From Eledone cirrhosa (lineage: Eukaryota), in the NCBI GenBank assembly GCA_964016885.1, contig OZ024763.1:20336001-20400000 (forward strand): 64,000 nt of DNA, in the 5' to 3' direction. The stretch's first letter is position 1. The number at the start of each line of letters is the position of its first letter. Positions 11,850 to 25,064 of the stretch are shown one piece after another. Below the pieces are notes generated by a model. The model made no database searches. It saw nothing but the letters and a program-made list of their open reading frames with translations, and had not been told where the DNA came from. Position numbers and translations under genes: made by a program.

Positions 11850-12219
11850 TTTTAGTATATGTTGGTTGTTTACCGATACCTCAGTATACAGATTGGAGCA
11901 CTCGACGAAGTACGCAGGCTGGTTTGTTTACTCCGCAGTAATGTAAAATAAAATAAGTCAAATATGTAAAATTTGGCTTCGTTAAGTTTACTGCTATATA
12001 TATAGCAGTAAACTTATTATTTTTTAATATATATATATATATATATATAGGGAGAGGACAAAGAGTCATATTTTTTTTGAGAAACATATAGTATAGAACA
12101 AATATAAAATGTAGGAAAATATAAAATTACCTTAAAGTATGTATATTGCTTCCTTCTTTTCTCTCTATATACATCTTTTAAACTATATATATATATTTAG
12201 AGAGAGAGAGTAAGGGGCA

Positions 12220-15200
12220 GAGTAAAGACCCCCATTGGTCACGAATGACCTTGGGATTTGAACCTAGAAAGTTGACCTCCGAGGTGAAAACCAGCAGTCA
12301 CCCATGCATACCAGTCTCTCCTCTCTACACCACCGATGTTGTCCAAGGGAAAGGCAATGGCTGATACAGCTTGACACCAGTGACATCGCAACTGTATATA
12401 TACATTATATATACTATATGATGTTGTCTAAGGGAGAGGCAATGGCTGATACAGCTTGGCACCAGTGACATAGCAACTGTATATATACATTATATATACT
12501 ATATGATGTTGTCCAAGGGAAAGGTAATGGCTGATACAGCTTGACACCAGTGACATCGCAACTGTATATATACATTATATATACTATATGATGTTGTCCA
12601 AGGGAAAGGTAATGGCTGATACAGCTTGACACCAGTGACATCGCAACTGTATATATACATTATATATACTATATGATGTTGTCCAAGGGAAAGGTAATGG
12701 CTGATACAGCTTGGCACCAGTGACATCGCAACTGTATATATACATTATATATACTATATGATGTTGTCCAAGGGAAAGGTAATGGCTGATACAGCTTGGC
12801 ACCAGGGACATCGCAACTGTATATATACATTATATATACTATATGATGTTGTCCAAGGGAAAGGCAATGGCTGATACAGCTTGGCACCAGTGACATCGCA
12901 ACTGTATATATACATTATATATACTATATGATGTTGTCCAAGGGAAAGGCAATGGCTGATACAGCTTGGCACCAGAGACATCGTAACTGTATATATACAT
13001 TATATATACTATATGATGTTGTCCAAGGGAAAGGCAATGGCTGATACAGCTTGGCACCAGTGACATCGCAACTGTATATATACATTATATATACTATATG
13101 ATGTTGCCCAAGGGAAAGGTAATGGCTGATACAGCTTGGCACCAGTGACATCGCAACTGTATATATACATTATATATACTATATGATGTTGTCCAAGGCA
13201 AAGGTAATGGCTGATACAGCTTGGCACCAGTGACATAGCAACTGTATATATACATTATATATACTATATGATGTTGTCCAAGGGAAAGGTAATGGCTGAT
13301 ACAGCTTGGCACCAGTGACATCGCAACTGTATATATACATTATATATACTATATGATGTTGCCCAAGGGAAAGGTAATGGCTGATACAGCTTGGCACCAG
13401 TGACATCGCAACTGTATATATACATTATATATACTATATGATGTTGCCCAAGGGAAAGGTAATGGCTGATACAGCTTGGCACCAGTGACATAGCAACTGT
13501 ATATATACATTATATATACTATATGATGTTGTCCAAGGGAAAGGTAATGGCTGATACAGCTTGGCACCAGTGACATCGCAACTGTATATATACATTATAT
13601 ATACTATATGATGTTGCCCAAGGGAAAGGTAATGGCTGATACAGCTTGGCACCAGTGACATCGCAACTGTATATATACATTATATATACTATATGATGTT
13701 GCCCAAGGGAAAGGTAATGGCTGATACAGCTTGGCACCAGTGACATAGCAACTGTATATATACATTATATATACTATATGATGTTGTCCAAGGGAAAGGT
13801 AATGGCTGATACAGCTTGGCACCAGTGACATCGCAACTGTATATATACATTATATATACTATATGATGTTGCCCAAGGGAAAGGTAATGGCTGATACAGC
13901 TTGGCACCAGTGACATAGCAACTGTATATATACATTATATATACTATATGATGTTGTCCAAGGGAAAGGTAATGGCTGATACAGCTTGGCACCAGGGACA
14001 TCGCAACTGTATATATACATTATATATACTATATGATGTTGTCCAAGGGAAAGGTAATGGCTGATACAGCTTGGCACCAGTGACATAGCAACTGTATATA
14101 TACATTATATATACTATATGATGTTGTCCAAGGGAAAGGTAATGGCTGATACAGCTTGGCACCAGTGACATCGTAACTGTATATATACATTATATATACT
14201 ATATGATGATGTCCAAGGGAAAGGTAATGGCTGATACAGCTTGGCACCAGTGACATCGCAACTGTATATATACATTATATATACTATATGATGTTGCCCA
14301 AGGGAAAGGTAATGGCTGATACAGCTTGGCACCAGTGACATCGTAACTGTATATATACATTATATATACTATATGATGTTGCCCAAGGGAAAGGTAATGG
14401 CTGATACAGCTTGGCACCAGTGACATCGCAACTGTATATATACATTATATATACTATATGATGTTGCCCAAGGGAAAGGTAATGGCTGATACAGCTTGGC
14501 ACCAGTGACATAGCAACTGTATATATACATTATATATACTATATGATGTTGTCCAAGGGAAAGGTAATGGCTGATACAGCTTGGCACCAGTGACATCGTA
14601 ACTGTATATATACATTATATATACTATATGATGTTGCCCAAGGGAAAGGTAATGGCTGATACAGCTTGGCACCAGTGACATCGCAACTGTATATATACAT
14701 TATATATACTATATGATGTTGCCCAAGGGAAAGGTAATGGCTGATACAGCTTGGCACCAGTGACATAGCAACTGTATATATACATTATATATACTATATG
14801 ATGTTGCCCAAGGGAAAGGTAATGGCTGATACAGCTTGGCACCAGTGACATCGCAACTGTATATATACATTATATATACTATATGATGTTGTCCAAGGCA
14901 AAGGTAATGGCTGATACAGCTTGGCACCAGTGACATCGCAACTGTATATATACATTATATATACTATATGATGTTGTCCAAGGCAAAGGTAATGGCTGAT
15001 ACAGCTTGGCACCAGTGACATCGCAACTGTATATATACATTATATATACTATATGATGTTGCCCAAGGGAAAGGTAATGGCTGATACAGCTTGGCACCAG
15101 TGACATCGCAACTGTATATATACATTATATATACTATATGATGTTGCCCAAGGGAAAGGTAATGGCTGATACAGCTTGGCACCAGTGACATCGCAACTGT

Positions 15201-15570
15201 ATATATACATTATATATACTATATGATGTTGTCCAAGGGAAAGGTAATGGCTGATACAGCTTGGCACCAGTGACATCGCAACTGTATATATACATTATAT
15301 ATACTATATGATGTTGTCCAAGGGAAAGGTAATGGCTGATACAGCTTGGCACCAGTGACATCGCAACTGTATATATACATTATATATACTATATGATGTT
15401 GTCCAAGGGAAAGGTAATGGCTGATACAGCTTGGCACCAGTGACATCGCAACTCATTTCTACAGCTGAGTGAACTGGAGCAACGTGAAATAAAGTGTTTT
15501 TGCTCAAGAACACAGCGCAAAGCCTGGTCTGAGAATTGAACTCACAACCTCACAGTTGTTCTAGCCATTC
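12220..15570 (-). mobile_element. CORE-like SINE copy interrupted by an internal tandem expansion
   Basis: SINE 3' part at 12220-12393. SINE 5' part (catttctacagctgagtgaactggagcaacgtgaaataaagtg...gaattgaactcacaacc) resumes at 15454. Confidence 0.8.
12335..15453. repeat. 85-bp satellite, 36 full units plus one partial unit
   Basis: Unit = 59-bp SINE-internal segment plus 26-bp spacer gtatatatacattatatatactatat; unit starts run from 12335 to 15395. Confidence 0.97.
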
Positions 15571-15589
15571 ACTATATATATATATATAT

Positions 15590-15985
15590 ATCACTTGGAC
15601 GTTAACGTCGAAACTGGAGAAAAAGCTAGACGGGGCATACACACGTATGCTCCGTGCTGCTTTAAACGAGTCTTGGAGGGAACACCCAACAAATAAGGAT
15701 CTCTATGGCAATATACCACCCATCAGCAGGTCAATACGTGGACAGAGACTCAGATTTGCTGGCCACTGTTGGCGCAGCAAGGAAGAAATAGCAGGTGATG
15801 TGTTGTTATGGAGTCCATCTCATGGAGCAAGAAACGCTGGTCGTCCCAAGAAGACATACGTCAAGCAGCTTGAGGATGATACTGGATGCGCTGCGGAAGA
15901 ACTGGCAAACGCTATGAGAGACAGAGATGGATGGAGGAAACGTGTCGTAGAAAGCCGAGCAAGCTCGACCTGATGATGATGATAT
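15590..15985 (+). mobile_element. 5'-truncated RTE-clade LINE 3' end with (TGA)n tail
   Basis: WTLTSKLEKKLDGAYTRMLRAALNESW...LRFAGHCWRS...GRPKKTYVKQLEDD...RDRDGWRKRV, then tgatgatgatga. Confidence 0.9.
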
Positions 15986-15989
15986 ATAT

Positions 15990-16322
15990 GTAGAAGTTAT
16001 ATTTAATTTGTTGGGATTCCAACAAACGTAAAAGTTTATAACTGATATAGAAACTCAACACATTACTGGAGTAAATATTCAATATATTAATAAATGGAAA
16101 CTATACTTATAAAACCATAATTATTTTATTATATATATTTTAGGACCACCAAGCCAATCTTGGTGCGCTTTCATCAGATAAAATACAAAAATTGTTTTAT
16201 AAATAGTGACATAACCATGGAAAACAACCATATCCAGCGAATTTTCAACCGTCATGGTTCTTTTCCATGGTGATGTCACTATTTATAAACAAATTTTGTA
16301 TTTTATCTGATGAAAGCGCACC
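15990..16322 (-). mobile_element. Fold-back insert related to family E, with mutated hammerhead at 16124-16183 (-)
   Basis: Inverted arms 16162-16224 / 16261-16322. Minus strand UUUUAU CUGAUGA AAGCG CACCAAG auugg CUUGGUG GUCCU AAAA UAUAUA UA AUAAAA (GAAA changed to AAAA). Confidence 0.65.
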
Positions 16323-16630
16323 TCCACTACACCACACCACCACCACACCTCCACCACACCACCGCTACCACACCACCACTACCACCGCCCAGCACCACAT
16401 CACCACCACCACCGCCCAGCACCACCACCACCACCACCGCCCAGCACCACCACCGCCCAGCACCACCACCACGCAGCACCACCACACCACCACCACCCAG
16501 CACCACCACCACGCAGCACCACCCATCACCCCCACCCCACACTCCACCACAACACCACCACCTCCACACCACCACCCAGCACCCCCAACACCACCACACC
16601 ACTACCATCACCACCATCACCACCATCATT
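16323..16630. repeat. Imperfect (CAC)n microsatellite
   Basis: Direct reading. Confidence 0.9.
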
Positions 16631-16804
16631 AACAAACACAATCACAATAAACAAAACAAAGCTCAAACAGATTTTGACATGAAATCGATATCGAACAAAG
16701 CCCTATAGAGACGAGTTGTATAACATTCTTCGATAAATGACTGATCAAGATAATCAATCAGAGGTATAAACTGTCCTACACCAACCCGACACCCACCCTA
16801 GGCC

Positions 16805-18112
16805 TTCACAGGACCTCACATCATCACCACCCCACCACCCCGAGAGGACCTCACGTCATCACCACCCCACCCGACAGGACCTCACGTCATCACCACCCCA
16901 CCCCACCCGACAAGACCTCACGCCATCACCACCCCCACAACATCCTGCCCCACCCGACAGGACCTCACGCCATCACCACCCCCACAACACCCTTCCCCAC
17001 CCGACAGAACCTCACGCCATCACCACCCCCACAACACCCTTCCCCACCCGACAGAACCTCACGCCATCACCACCCCATCCCACCCCACTCGACAGGACCT
17101 CACGCCATCACCACCCCACCCGACAGGACCTCACGCCATCACCACCACCCACAACATCCTGCCCCACCCGACAGGACCTCACGCCATCACCACCCCATCC
17201 CACCCCCACTCGACAGGACCTCACGCCATCACCACCCCACCCGACAGGACCTCACGCCATCACCACACCCACAACACCCTACCCCATCCCACCCCACCCG
17301 ACAGGACCTCACGTCATCACCACCCCACCCGACAGGACCTCACGCCATCACCACCCCCACAACACCCTACCCCATCCCACCCCACCCGACAGGAACTCAC
17401 GTCATCACCACCCCCACCCGACAGGACCTCACGCCATCACCACCCCCACAACACCCTACCCCATCCCACCCCACCCGACAGGACCTCACGCCATCACCAC
17501 CCCCACAACACCCTACCCCATCCCACCCCACCCGACAGGAACTCACGTCATCACCACCCCACCCGACAGGACCTCACGCCATCACCACCCCCACAACACC
17601 CTACCCCATCCCACCCCACCCGACAGGACCTCACGCCATCACCACCCCCACAACACCCTACCCCATCCCACCCCACCCGACAGGAACTCACGTCATCACC
17701 ACCCCACCCGACAGGACCTCACGCCATCACCACCCCCACAACACCCTACCCCATCCCACCCCACCCGACAGGACCTCACGCCATCACCACCCCCACAACA
17801 CCCTACCCCATCCCACCCCACTCGACAGGAACTCACGTCATCACCACCCCACCCGACAGGACCTCACGCCATCACCACCCCCACAACACCCTACCCCATC
17901 CCACCCCACCCGACAGGACCTCACGTCATCACCACACCACCCGACAGGACCTCACGCCATCACCACCCCCACAACACCCTACCCCATCCCACCCCACCCG
18001 ACAGAACCTCACGTCATCACCACCCCACCCGACAGGACCTCACGCCATCACCACCCCCACAACACCCTACCCCATCCCACCCCACCCGACAGGAACTCAC
18101 GTCATCACCACC
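16805..18112. repeat. C-rich minisatellite with 31-bp and 57-bp units
   Basis: Core acaggacctcacgccatcaccacccc. A 57+57+31 higher-order pattern runs between about 17420 and 17860. Confidence 0.9.
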
Positions 18113-18154
18113 AATCTTAATATACGTCTGGATCGGTCATCAGACAGATGACAT

Positions 18155-18222
18155 CTCTGTCTGATGACCGATCCGGACGTATATTATTATTGTCTGGTAT
18201 CCAGAAACCTTTGGTAATGGAG
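18155..18222 (+). ncRNA. Type I hammerhead ribozyme within fold-back insert 18114-18252 (family G)
   Basis: CUCUGU CUGAUGA [CCGAUCCGGAC...GUCUGGUAUCCA] GAAA CC uuu GG UA/AUGGAG. Preceded by its own inverted copy at 18119-18147. Confidence 0.7.
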
Positions 18223-18318
18223 TAGTTATATTTTGTGTTGTACACTTTCTAAATATATATATATATATACACATATTGAAAGGAAAACAAGGACGATGGA
18301 TTACTCCTATATATATAT

Positions 18319-18489
18319 AGGAAAATGTTTGACCCCGACGGCAGAGCTCAAGCCGTTTCGACGGCTATTTCTGGACTCTGAGCTCTGCCGTCGGGGTCAG
18401 ACATTTCCCTATTACCCACTGTACTACCCGAAGTATTGAGTACTCTGGTGCGTTATGGTCCATCTGGTTCCTTACCACACCTCCTTCGT

Positions 18490-18490
<1 letters not shown>
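18319..18490 (+). mobile_element. Fold-back insert, family B
   Basis: gaccccgacggcagagctca...tgagctctgccgtcggggtc plus a tail homologous to 10317-10400. Confidence 0.75.
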
Positions 18491-18521
<31 letters not shown>

Positions 18522-18540
18522 CATACATATATATATATAC

Positions 18541-18571
<31 letters not shown>

Positions 18572-18592
18572 CATACATATATATATATATAC

Positions 18593-18643
<51 letters not shown>

Positions 18644-18701
18644 GTGAAGAAAATAAATTTGTTGAAAGCACAAGTGAAGCCATTTTTTCTTCCCCCCTGT
18701 C

Positions 18702-18771
<70 letters not shown>

Positions 18772-18828
18772 CATATATATATATACATATATATATATAC
18801 ATATATATATATACATATATATATATAC

Positions 18829-18868
<40 letters not shown>

Positions 18869-18878
18869 ATATATATAC

Positions 18879-18918
<40 letters not shown>

Positions 18919-18928
18919 ATATATATAC

Positions 18929-18979
<51 letters not shown>

Positions 18980-18993
18980 TATATGTGTGTGTG

Positions 18994-19193
18994 NNNNNNN
19001 NNNNNNNNNNNNNNNNNNNNNNNNNNNNNNNNNNNNNNNNNNNNNNNNNNNNNNNNNNNNNNNNNNNNNNNNNNNNNNNNNNNNNNNNNNNNNNNNNNNN
19101 NNNNNNNNNNNNNNNNNNNNNNNNNNNNNNNNNNNNNNNNNNNNNNNNNNNNNNNNNNNNNNNNNNNNNNNNNNNNNNNNNNNNNNNNNNNNN
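18994..19193. other. Assembly gap (200 N)
   Basis: Run of n. Confidence 1.
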
Positions 19194-19350
19194 GCACGCC
19201 TATATCACCTCTCTGCACGACTGTCTGTCTGCACGCCTATATCACCTCTCTGCACGACTGTCTGTCTGCACGCCTATATCACCTCTCTGCACGACTATCT
19301 GTCTGCACGCGTATATCACCTCTCTGCTCGACTGTCTGTCTGCACGCCTA
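19194..19350. repeat. 37-bp tandem repeat abutting the gap
   Basis: (GCACGCCTATATCACCTCTCTGCACGACTGTCTGTCT) x about 4. Confidence 0.9.
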
Positions 19351-19812
19351 ACGACGAAATATTTGCTTGTTTTACGTAGTCTTTAAATAGACTTGTTTTC
19401 AAGTAAAAATATTGTTTTAAAATGCTTTTAAATGGAAATGAAGCAAAACGGAAGCTTAGTGTTCGAACTGATGAATTTTGCAGGTCAATATTTTGCTGGC
19501 TCGACAACTGTTCGTGTATTGTGTTAATGTCATTTTAAACGCTGAGAAAGCCAGCGTAATTTTTTACGTAAGACGCTCAATGTAAACAGAACAAAGGGAA
19601 ATAACTGATAACTTACGCTCAAAAATCGATACATTATATTCGATTTCGTCACATAGGGTGGGTCAATTTGAAATATTTTTTTTCCGATGTCTTCGCTAGG
19701 GCTCAATGTACAAGTATAGCAATTTCGGTGCAATTCCGTCAGAGATTCTAAGAGGAGATGTGTGCCAAAAATCGATAGACAGACAGACAACCACAGTTTT
19801 ATATATATAGAT
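19350..19812 (-). mobile_element. Non-autonomous Helitron/DINE-1-like element, 5' portion
   Basis: Minus strand starts atctatatatataaaactgtggttgtctgtctgtc...gaattgcaccgaaattg, the typical DINE-like 5' layout. Confidence 0.55.
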
Positions 19813-20105
19813 ATATATATATATAATATATATATATATAATATATAATATATATATATATATAATATATATATATATAATATATATAATATATAATATA
19901 TATAATATATAATATATAATATATAATATATAATATATATATAATATAATATATATATAATATATATATAATATAATATATATATAATATAATATATATA
20001 TAATATATATATATATAATATATATATATATAATATATATATATATAATATATATATATATAATATATAATATATATAATATATATATATATAATATATA
20101 TATAT

Positions 20106-20137
<32 letters not shown>

Positions 20138-20407
20138 ATATATATATATATAATATATAATATATATAATATATATATATATAATATATATATATAATAT
20201 ATATATATAATATATATATATAATATATATATAATATATATATATAATATATATATAATATATATATAATATATATATATATAAATATATATATATAATA
20301 TATAATATATATATATAATATATAAATGAAAGTTATAGAAATTGTTTTAGCGATAAGCTAACAGTATTCCATAACATATATATATAATATATATATAATA
20401 TATATAT

Positions 20408-20457
<50 letters not shown>

Positions 20458-21215
20458 TATATAATATATATATATATATATGTTTGTGTATGTGTGTGAT
20501 TGGTTGTTTGGACTGGAGTAAGAAACAGTAGTTATCAGCCTTCCCAGGTTTTCTGTGACTGGAAAGTTTAATGTTGTTGATATTATTTTTAGAATGCTGC
20601 AGATCCACTGTTTGAACTCAGATCGTAATGTCCGACACTCTACCGATTTCTGCTAATACACTCTGATAACGAACAAGAAAAACTAAAATAAAATAATATA
20701 AAGAGATAATTAATAATTAGGAAGTATAAGTCTGTTTTGTAATTTGTAATTTGGTGGAGTAGCGGTTATTTAAAGTGTTATTGTTGCCAAGATGGCGGAA
20801 GATATAATCTCAAATGGATTCCGGTCGGGGGTGAAAGTTATAAATATAATATAACATAGGATAACAGTGATATCATCTGTACTGGATGTCTTCCGGTACA
20901 GCCTTGTTTTCAATAATAATAGATAGACGGGTAGAGAGATGGGGTATATAGATAGACGTGTAGATGGGTTGGTGGGTGGCTAGATAGATAGACATGTGTG
21001 TGTATATGTACAGATATGTGTGTATATATGTATATATATATGTACATATATACACACACACATATATATAGGTATGTATATATGTATATGTGTTTGTATA
21101 TATGTGCACATGTATATATGTGTGTGTGTGTGTGTATATGTATATATATGTGCATATTTATATATATGTGCATATATGTATATATGTGCATGCATATATA
21201 TATATATTATTTTTC

Positions 21216-21252
<37 letters not shown>

Positions 21253-21906
21253 TTTATATATATATATATATAAACACCCTTATATACATCTTTACACTCA
21301 CATATATCAGACAGAGATACGTCTATAAAATTACACACCCTCATACATATATACACACACACCCACACCCGCCCCCACACATACATACACACACACATCT
21401 ATCTACATAACAAAACCAAAATGGCGTATATTCTTAACCAATCAATAAACAATCAGAAATTTCACAATTCTTTCATCGTGTTTATGCGCCATATCTATTT
21501 TTAACTGGAGGTTTTCATTCTGACCAACAATATGGACTTGTGTTTAGTAGCTGCTATTGTATTGTATTTTATTTTATTTTATTGTATTGTATTGTATTGT
21601 ATTTTATTTTATTTTATTTTATTTTATTTTATTGTATTTTATTTTATTTGTTCGATTACAAGAAATTGGCACTGGCCATTTCCCACCACAACACGTATCC
21701 ACCTGCAGATCAATGTTTATATATATATATATTTATATATATAGGAACGCACTTTTTGTAGAAGTTACATATATGGGCGTGGGTATGTATGTGTGTGTTT
21801 GTGTGTGTATATATATATATATATATATGTGTGTGTTAATAGATATATAGATATATATACATATGATATATATATATATATATATATATACGTACATACA
21901 TGATTC

Positions 21907-21950
<44 letters not shown>

Positions 21951-22037
21951 TCACACACATATGTACATAGATATATATCTATATCTACGTATCTATCTAT
22001 GCATACATATATATATATGTGTGTGTGTGTTTATGTA

Positions 22038-22074
<37 letters not shown>

Positions 22075-22212
22075 GTCGCAACTCCAGGTAGAAGGAGCAA
22101 CGTGAAATAAAGTGTCTTGCTCAAGGAGATAACGCATCACCCGGTACAGGAATCGAACTCACAACCTCAAGATTGTGAATCCAGTAATCTAACCACTCAG
22201 CCACACGCCTTC
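22075..22212 (-). mobile_element. CORE-like SINE 5' half
   Basis: ggagcaacgtgaaataaagtgtcttgctcaagga...gaatcgaactcacaacc...aaccactcagccacacgcct. Confidence 0.8.
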
Positions 22213-22215
22213 ACA

Positions 22216-22311
<96 letters not shown>

Positions 22312-22313
22312 AT

Positions 22314-22492
22314 AGAATAATAAAAAAAACAGAAGTCAGGTGTAGGTAGATAGTTAGTTCGTTGTTTTACGATCGTTTCAAAGGGTTGATTGGTCGGTGG
22401 AGATCGATGTATCGACGAGAATGGTAGTGGTTAAGTTACTACCTATTTCCAGTCTCGAAATCCGTGTTCAACATCGGCCGTCCTCTTCAGAA

Positions 22493-22495
<3 letters not shown>
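22314..22495 (-). ncRNA. Hammerhead-like motif with about 100-nt expanded stem II (family H)
   Basis: Minus strand CUGAAGA GG...(about 100 nt)...CCUUU GAAA CGAUCG UA AAAC; palindromic stem III. Confidence 0.55.
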
Positions 22496-22550
<55 letters not shown>

Positions 22551-22673
22551 AGGTGAGTTTTATTGTAGTACAATAAAGCAATGCAGATATCGGATAAGAA
22601 GCACTCTACAGTTTGTAGGACTGGAGTATACATAATATATAAGATCAAAAGATGGTTAAAGGAGTTCCATGTA

Positions 22674-22740
22674 TTTTATTATGCGCATTTCAAAAACAAA
22701 CATCATCATGCAATAATATTTGTGTTTTCATCAGATAAAA
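22674..22740 (-). ncRNA. Type I hammerhead ribozyme (family E)
   Basis: Exact reverse complement of 22863-22929. Confidence 0.8.
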
Positions 22741-22862
22741 CAGGAGAACATGATATGAAGGCTAAAAAACACTTGTGGATAGTGCAGTTTTAAATCAACA
22801 TATGTTGATTTAAAACTGCACTATCCACAAGTGTTTTTTAGCCTTCATATCATGTTCTCCTG

Positions 22863-22929
22863 TTTTATCTGATGAAAACACAAATATTATTGCATGATGA
22901 TGTTTGTTTTTGAAATGCGCATAATAAAA
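22863..22929 (+). ncRNA. Type I hammerhead ribozyme (family E)
   Basis: UUUUAU CUGAUGA [AAACACAAAUAUUAUUGCAUGAUGAUGUUUGUUUUU] GAAA UGCGCA UA/AUAAAA; 6-bp stem I, palindromic stem III. Confidence 0.8.
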
Positions 22930-22961
22930 TACATGGAACTCCTTTAACCATCTTTTGATCT

Positions 22962-23000
<39 letters not shown>

Positions 23001-23093
23001 TGTATGTAAAAGGTAAACAGAAATAACAACACAATCGGTACAGTATATGGAAGGAATATATTAGTTTAACGCTTGAAATACCAGGAAGAGGAT

Positions 23094-23127
23094 CATAACG
23101 TTTCGGGCGCTAGTCCTTCATCAGACA
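23094..23127 (-). ncRNA. Penelope-type minimal hammerhead core
   Basis: UGU CUGAUGA AGG acuagcg CCC GAAA CG UU AUG. Flanking aatatattagtttaacgcttgaaata recurs near 5520 and 35978. Confidence 0.65.
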
Positions 23128-23170
23128 CTATATTACAGTATATATATATAAATAAAGACATTTTTATATA

Positions 23171-23225
<55 letters not shown>

Positions 23226-23393
23226 CATCCACTGAAAAGCAAAGAATTGGTAATTTCCTTCGCTAAAACAGCCTACCATAAGCTGACTGAGTGTTCCAGC
23301 AGTTGCCCAATATAGGTTTGTATTCCTTTTCTTGATTTATTGTGTTAAATTGATTCTAGCAAACCATATTACTAATAGTTAGTATTTTTTCAC

Positions 23394-23554
23394 CCTAGCG
23401 AACTTGCTCCCTTACGATTTGAACACATATGTTTATATCTGTGTTTATCTCTCTTTTATATTCAATTACATTACACGGCTCAGAAAACCCTCTTTCTTTA
23501 AGCTATTTAATTGTAAGAGACTATTTTGAGGTTCTAACTCAATATAAACCTTTG
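23394..23554 (+). mobile_element. Dispersed repeat family L; second copy at 36869-37082 has an inverted arm
   Basis: Shared cttttatattcaatta...cggctc.gaaaa...gtaagagactattttgag.ttctaactcaata; ends at (TA)n. Confidence 0.6.
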
Positions 23555-23898
23555 ATATATATATATATATATATATACGCAGCGATTCTTTGCTTGTTAT
23601 TTTAATAAATATTTGCTCTACGGTTCTTATATATCTGATATATATTTATCCTTATGGAGCTCTCTTTGGATTTTAGTCTTCAAATTTATTATTATTACTA
23701 TATATATATATATATACACACGTATATATGGGATAACAAATTATCGTTATAGGTAATCCAGTTAGAGGTTGTGAATACTCTGTATTGACACAACTTCAAG
23801 TGATTAGCAATTTTTAGACACCCTTATCAATGAAACAATTGTTAATACTGTAAATAAAACCCTTTTTATACTGTTGACCATGTTATTCTTCACTCTTT

Positions 23899-23932
<34 letters not shown>

Positions 23933-23938
<6 letters not shown>

Positions 23939-24245
23939 ATACTTTGGGAGGGTCATGTTGCCAATAAGAAACACACGCACCAGTTGCTTTCACTTCAATT
24001 TATTATATATTTATAAATTTATAAATTTACAAATCTACAAACTTATAAATTTCTGGTTGGTTGGTTGGTTCCACAACCAGATAGTTGTTTATATATAGTC
24101 ATAGTCCTTTCGTCACACACTCTGTGACCTCTTCAGTGACTGGGGATTCCTTTCTTTGTTTCTGTGCCTTTCCTTTCTTCTGTCCTACGCCATTTTGTTT
24201 CTGTGTGTGTCAGATAAAGAATCTTGCTAAACAAATTCAGAAACG

Positions 24246-24250
<5 letters not shown>
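23933..24250 (+). mobile_element. Family F copy with hammerhead at 24097-24141 (-)
   Basis: Near-identical to 6693-6957, joined directly to the tail cagataaagaatcttgctaaacaaattcagaaacgaaat. Confidence 0.8.
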
Positions 24251-24294
<44 letters not shown>

Positions 24295-24606
24295 AGAGAG
24301 GGGTGCGGGGGGGGGGGGGGGTAAACAGGTTGTCCTTTATATACACTAAACGGCAGCATTGTTACGAAGGAGACTGTAAAGTCAGTCATCAGCTGTAACT
24401 GGTATCACTGGAATTCGAAACACTCTTCCTCTGATCTACAAAGGAAAGGGAGGAAATAATCCACAATGGGTCACGTGTCTAATTTGAAGCATGATGCACG
24501 GGGTTTTGTACGTCTTACTGGTGGTAGACCATTTAAACCGGGGGAGTTGCCACTTCGGGGACTTAATCAGTTCATCGTCTAATTACCAGATTTATCAGGG
24601 CATTGA

Positions 24607-24950
24607 GGGCGGTGGATTGACAGTACGGGATCGATAAAATAAAATACCAGTAATACACTGGGTCGATTTAATTGACTTTCCCCTCTCCTTCAAATTGCGT
24701 AAAGTAGAAACAGTTATATGTGTTTAAGAGCGGTGGATTGGTGGTATCAGTAGAGCGTCGGACACCATACTTTTCAGCATAGAGTTATGGCTCTTTACGT
24801 TCTGAGTTCAAATCCCGCCGAGGTTAGCTTTACCTTTCATCCTTACGGGGTTGGTAAAATAAAGTACCAGCAATGCACTGGGGTCGATTTAATCAACAGT
24901 CCCCTCCCCTTCAAATTGCTGGCCTTGTGCCTAAAGTAGAAACAATTATC
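24607..24950 (+). mobile_element. Two tRNA-derived SINE copies (Meta-like; first internally deleted)
   Basis: Homology to the 5667 family. Confidence 0.8.
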
Positions 24951-25064
24951 AGAGACTCCAAGAGAAATTTTGCAAGGTGTTACAAGGCCCCTTTGGGGCC
25001 GGGCCGGGCCCGAAACAGGCAAATATTTTTCTCAAAATGGATATTGCGTGGTTGCTGTGGGGCC

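Larger units (their letters stand above)
22547..22970 (-). mobile_element. Fold-back insert, family E (about 170-bp perfect arms, two opposed hammerheads)
   Basis: Centre caacatatgttg at 22801/22802, left one-sided tail, (TA)n flanks. Near-identical copy at 37112-37522. Confidence 0.85.

Noticed and set aside
12335-15453. CRISPR-like array or tandem 75-aa ORFs
   Set aside because: Spacers are invariant, there are no cas genes, and the context is eukaryotic. The ORFs are a by-product of the 85-bp periodicity.
16267-16708. His/Pro/Thr-rich ORFs resembling histidine-rich structural proteins
   Set aside because: Imperfect (CAC)n repeat open in several frames; no splice or signal-peptide context.
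23229-23295. Possible hammerhead CUGAAAA...UAAAA CAGC...GCUG AC
   Set aside because: Three core positions deviate; too degenerate to call.
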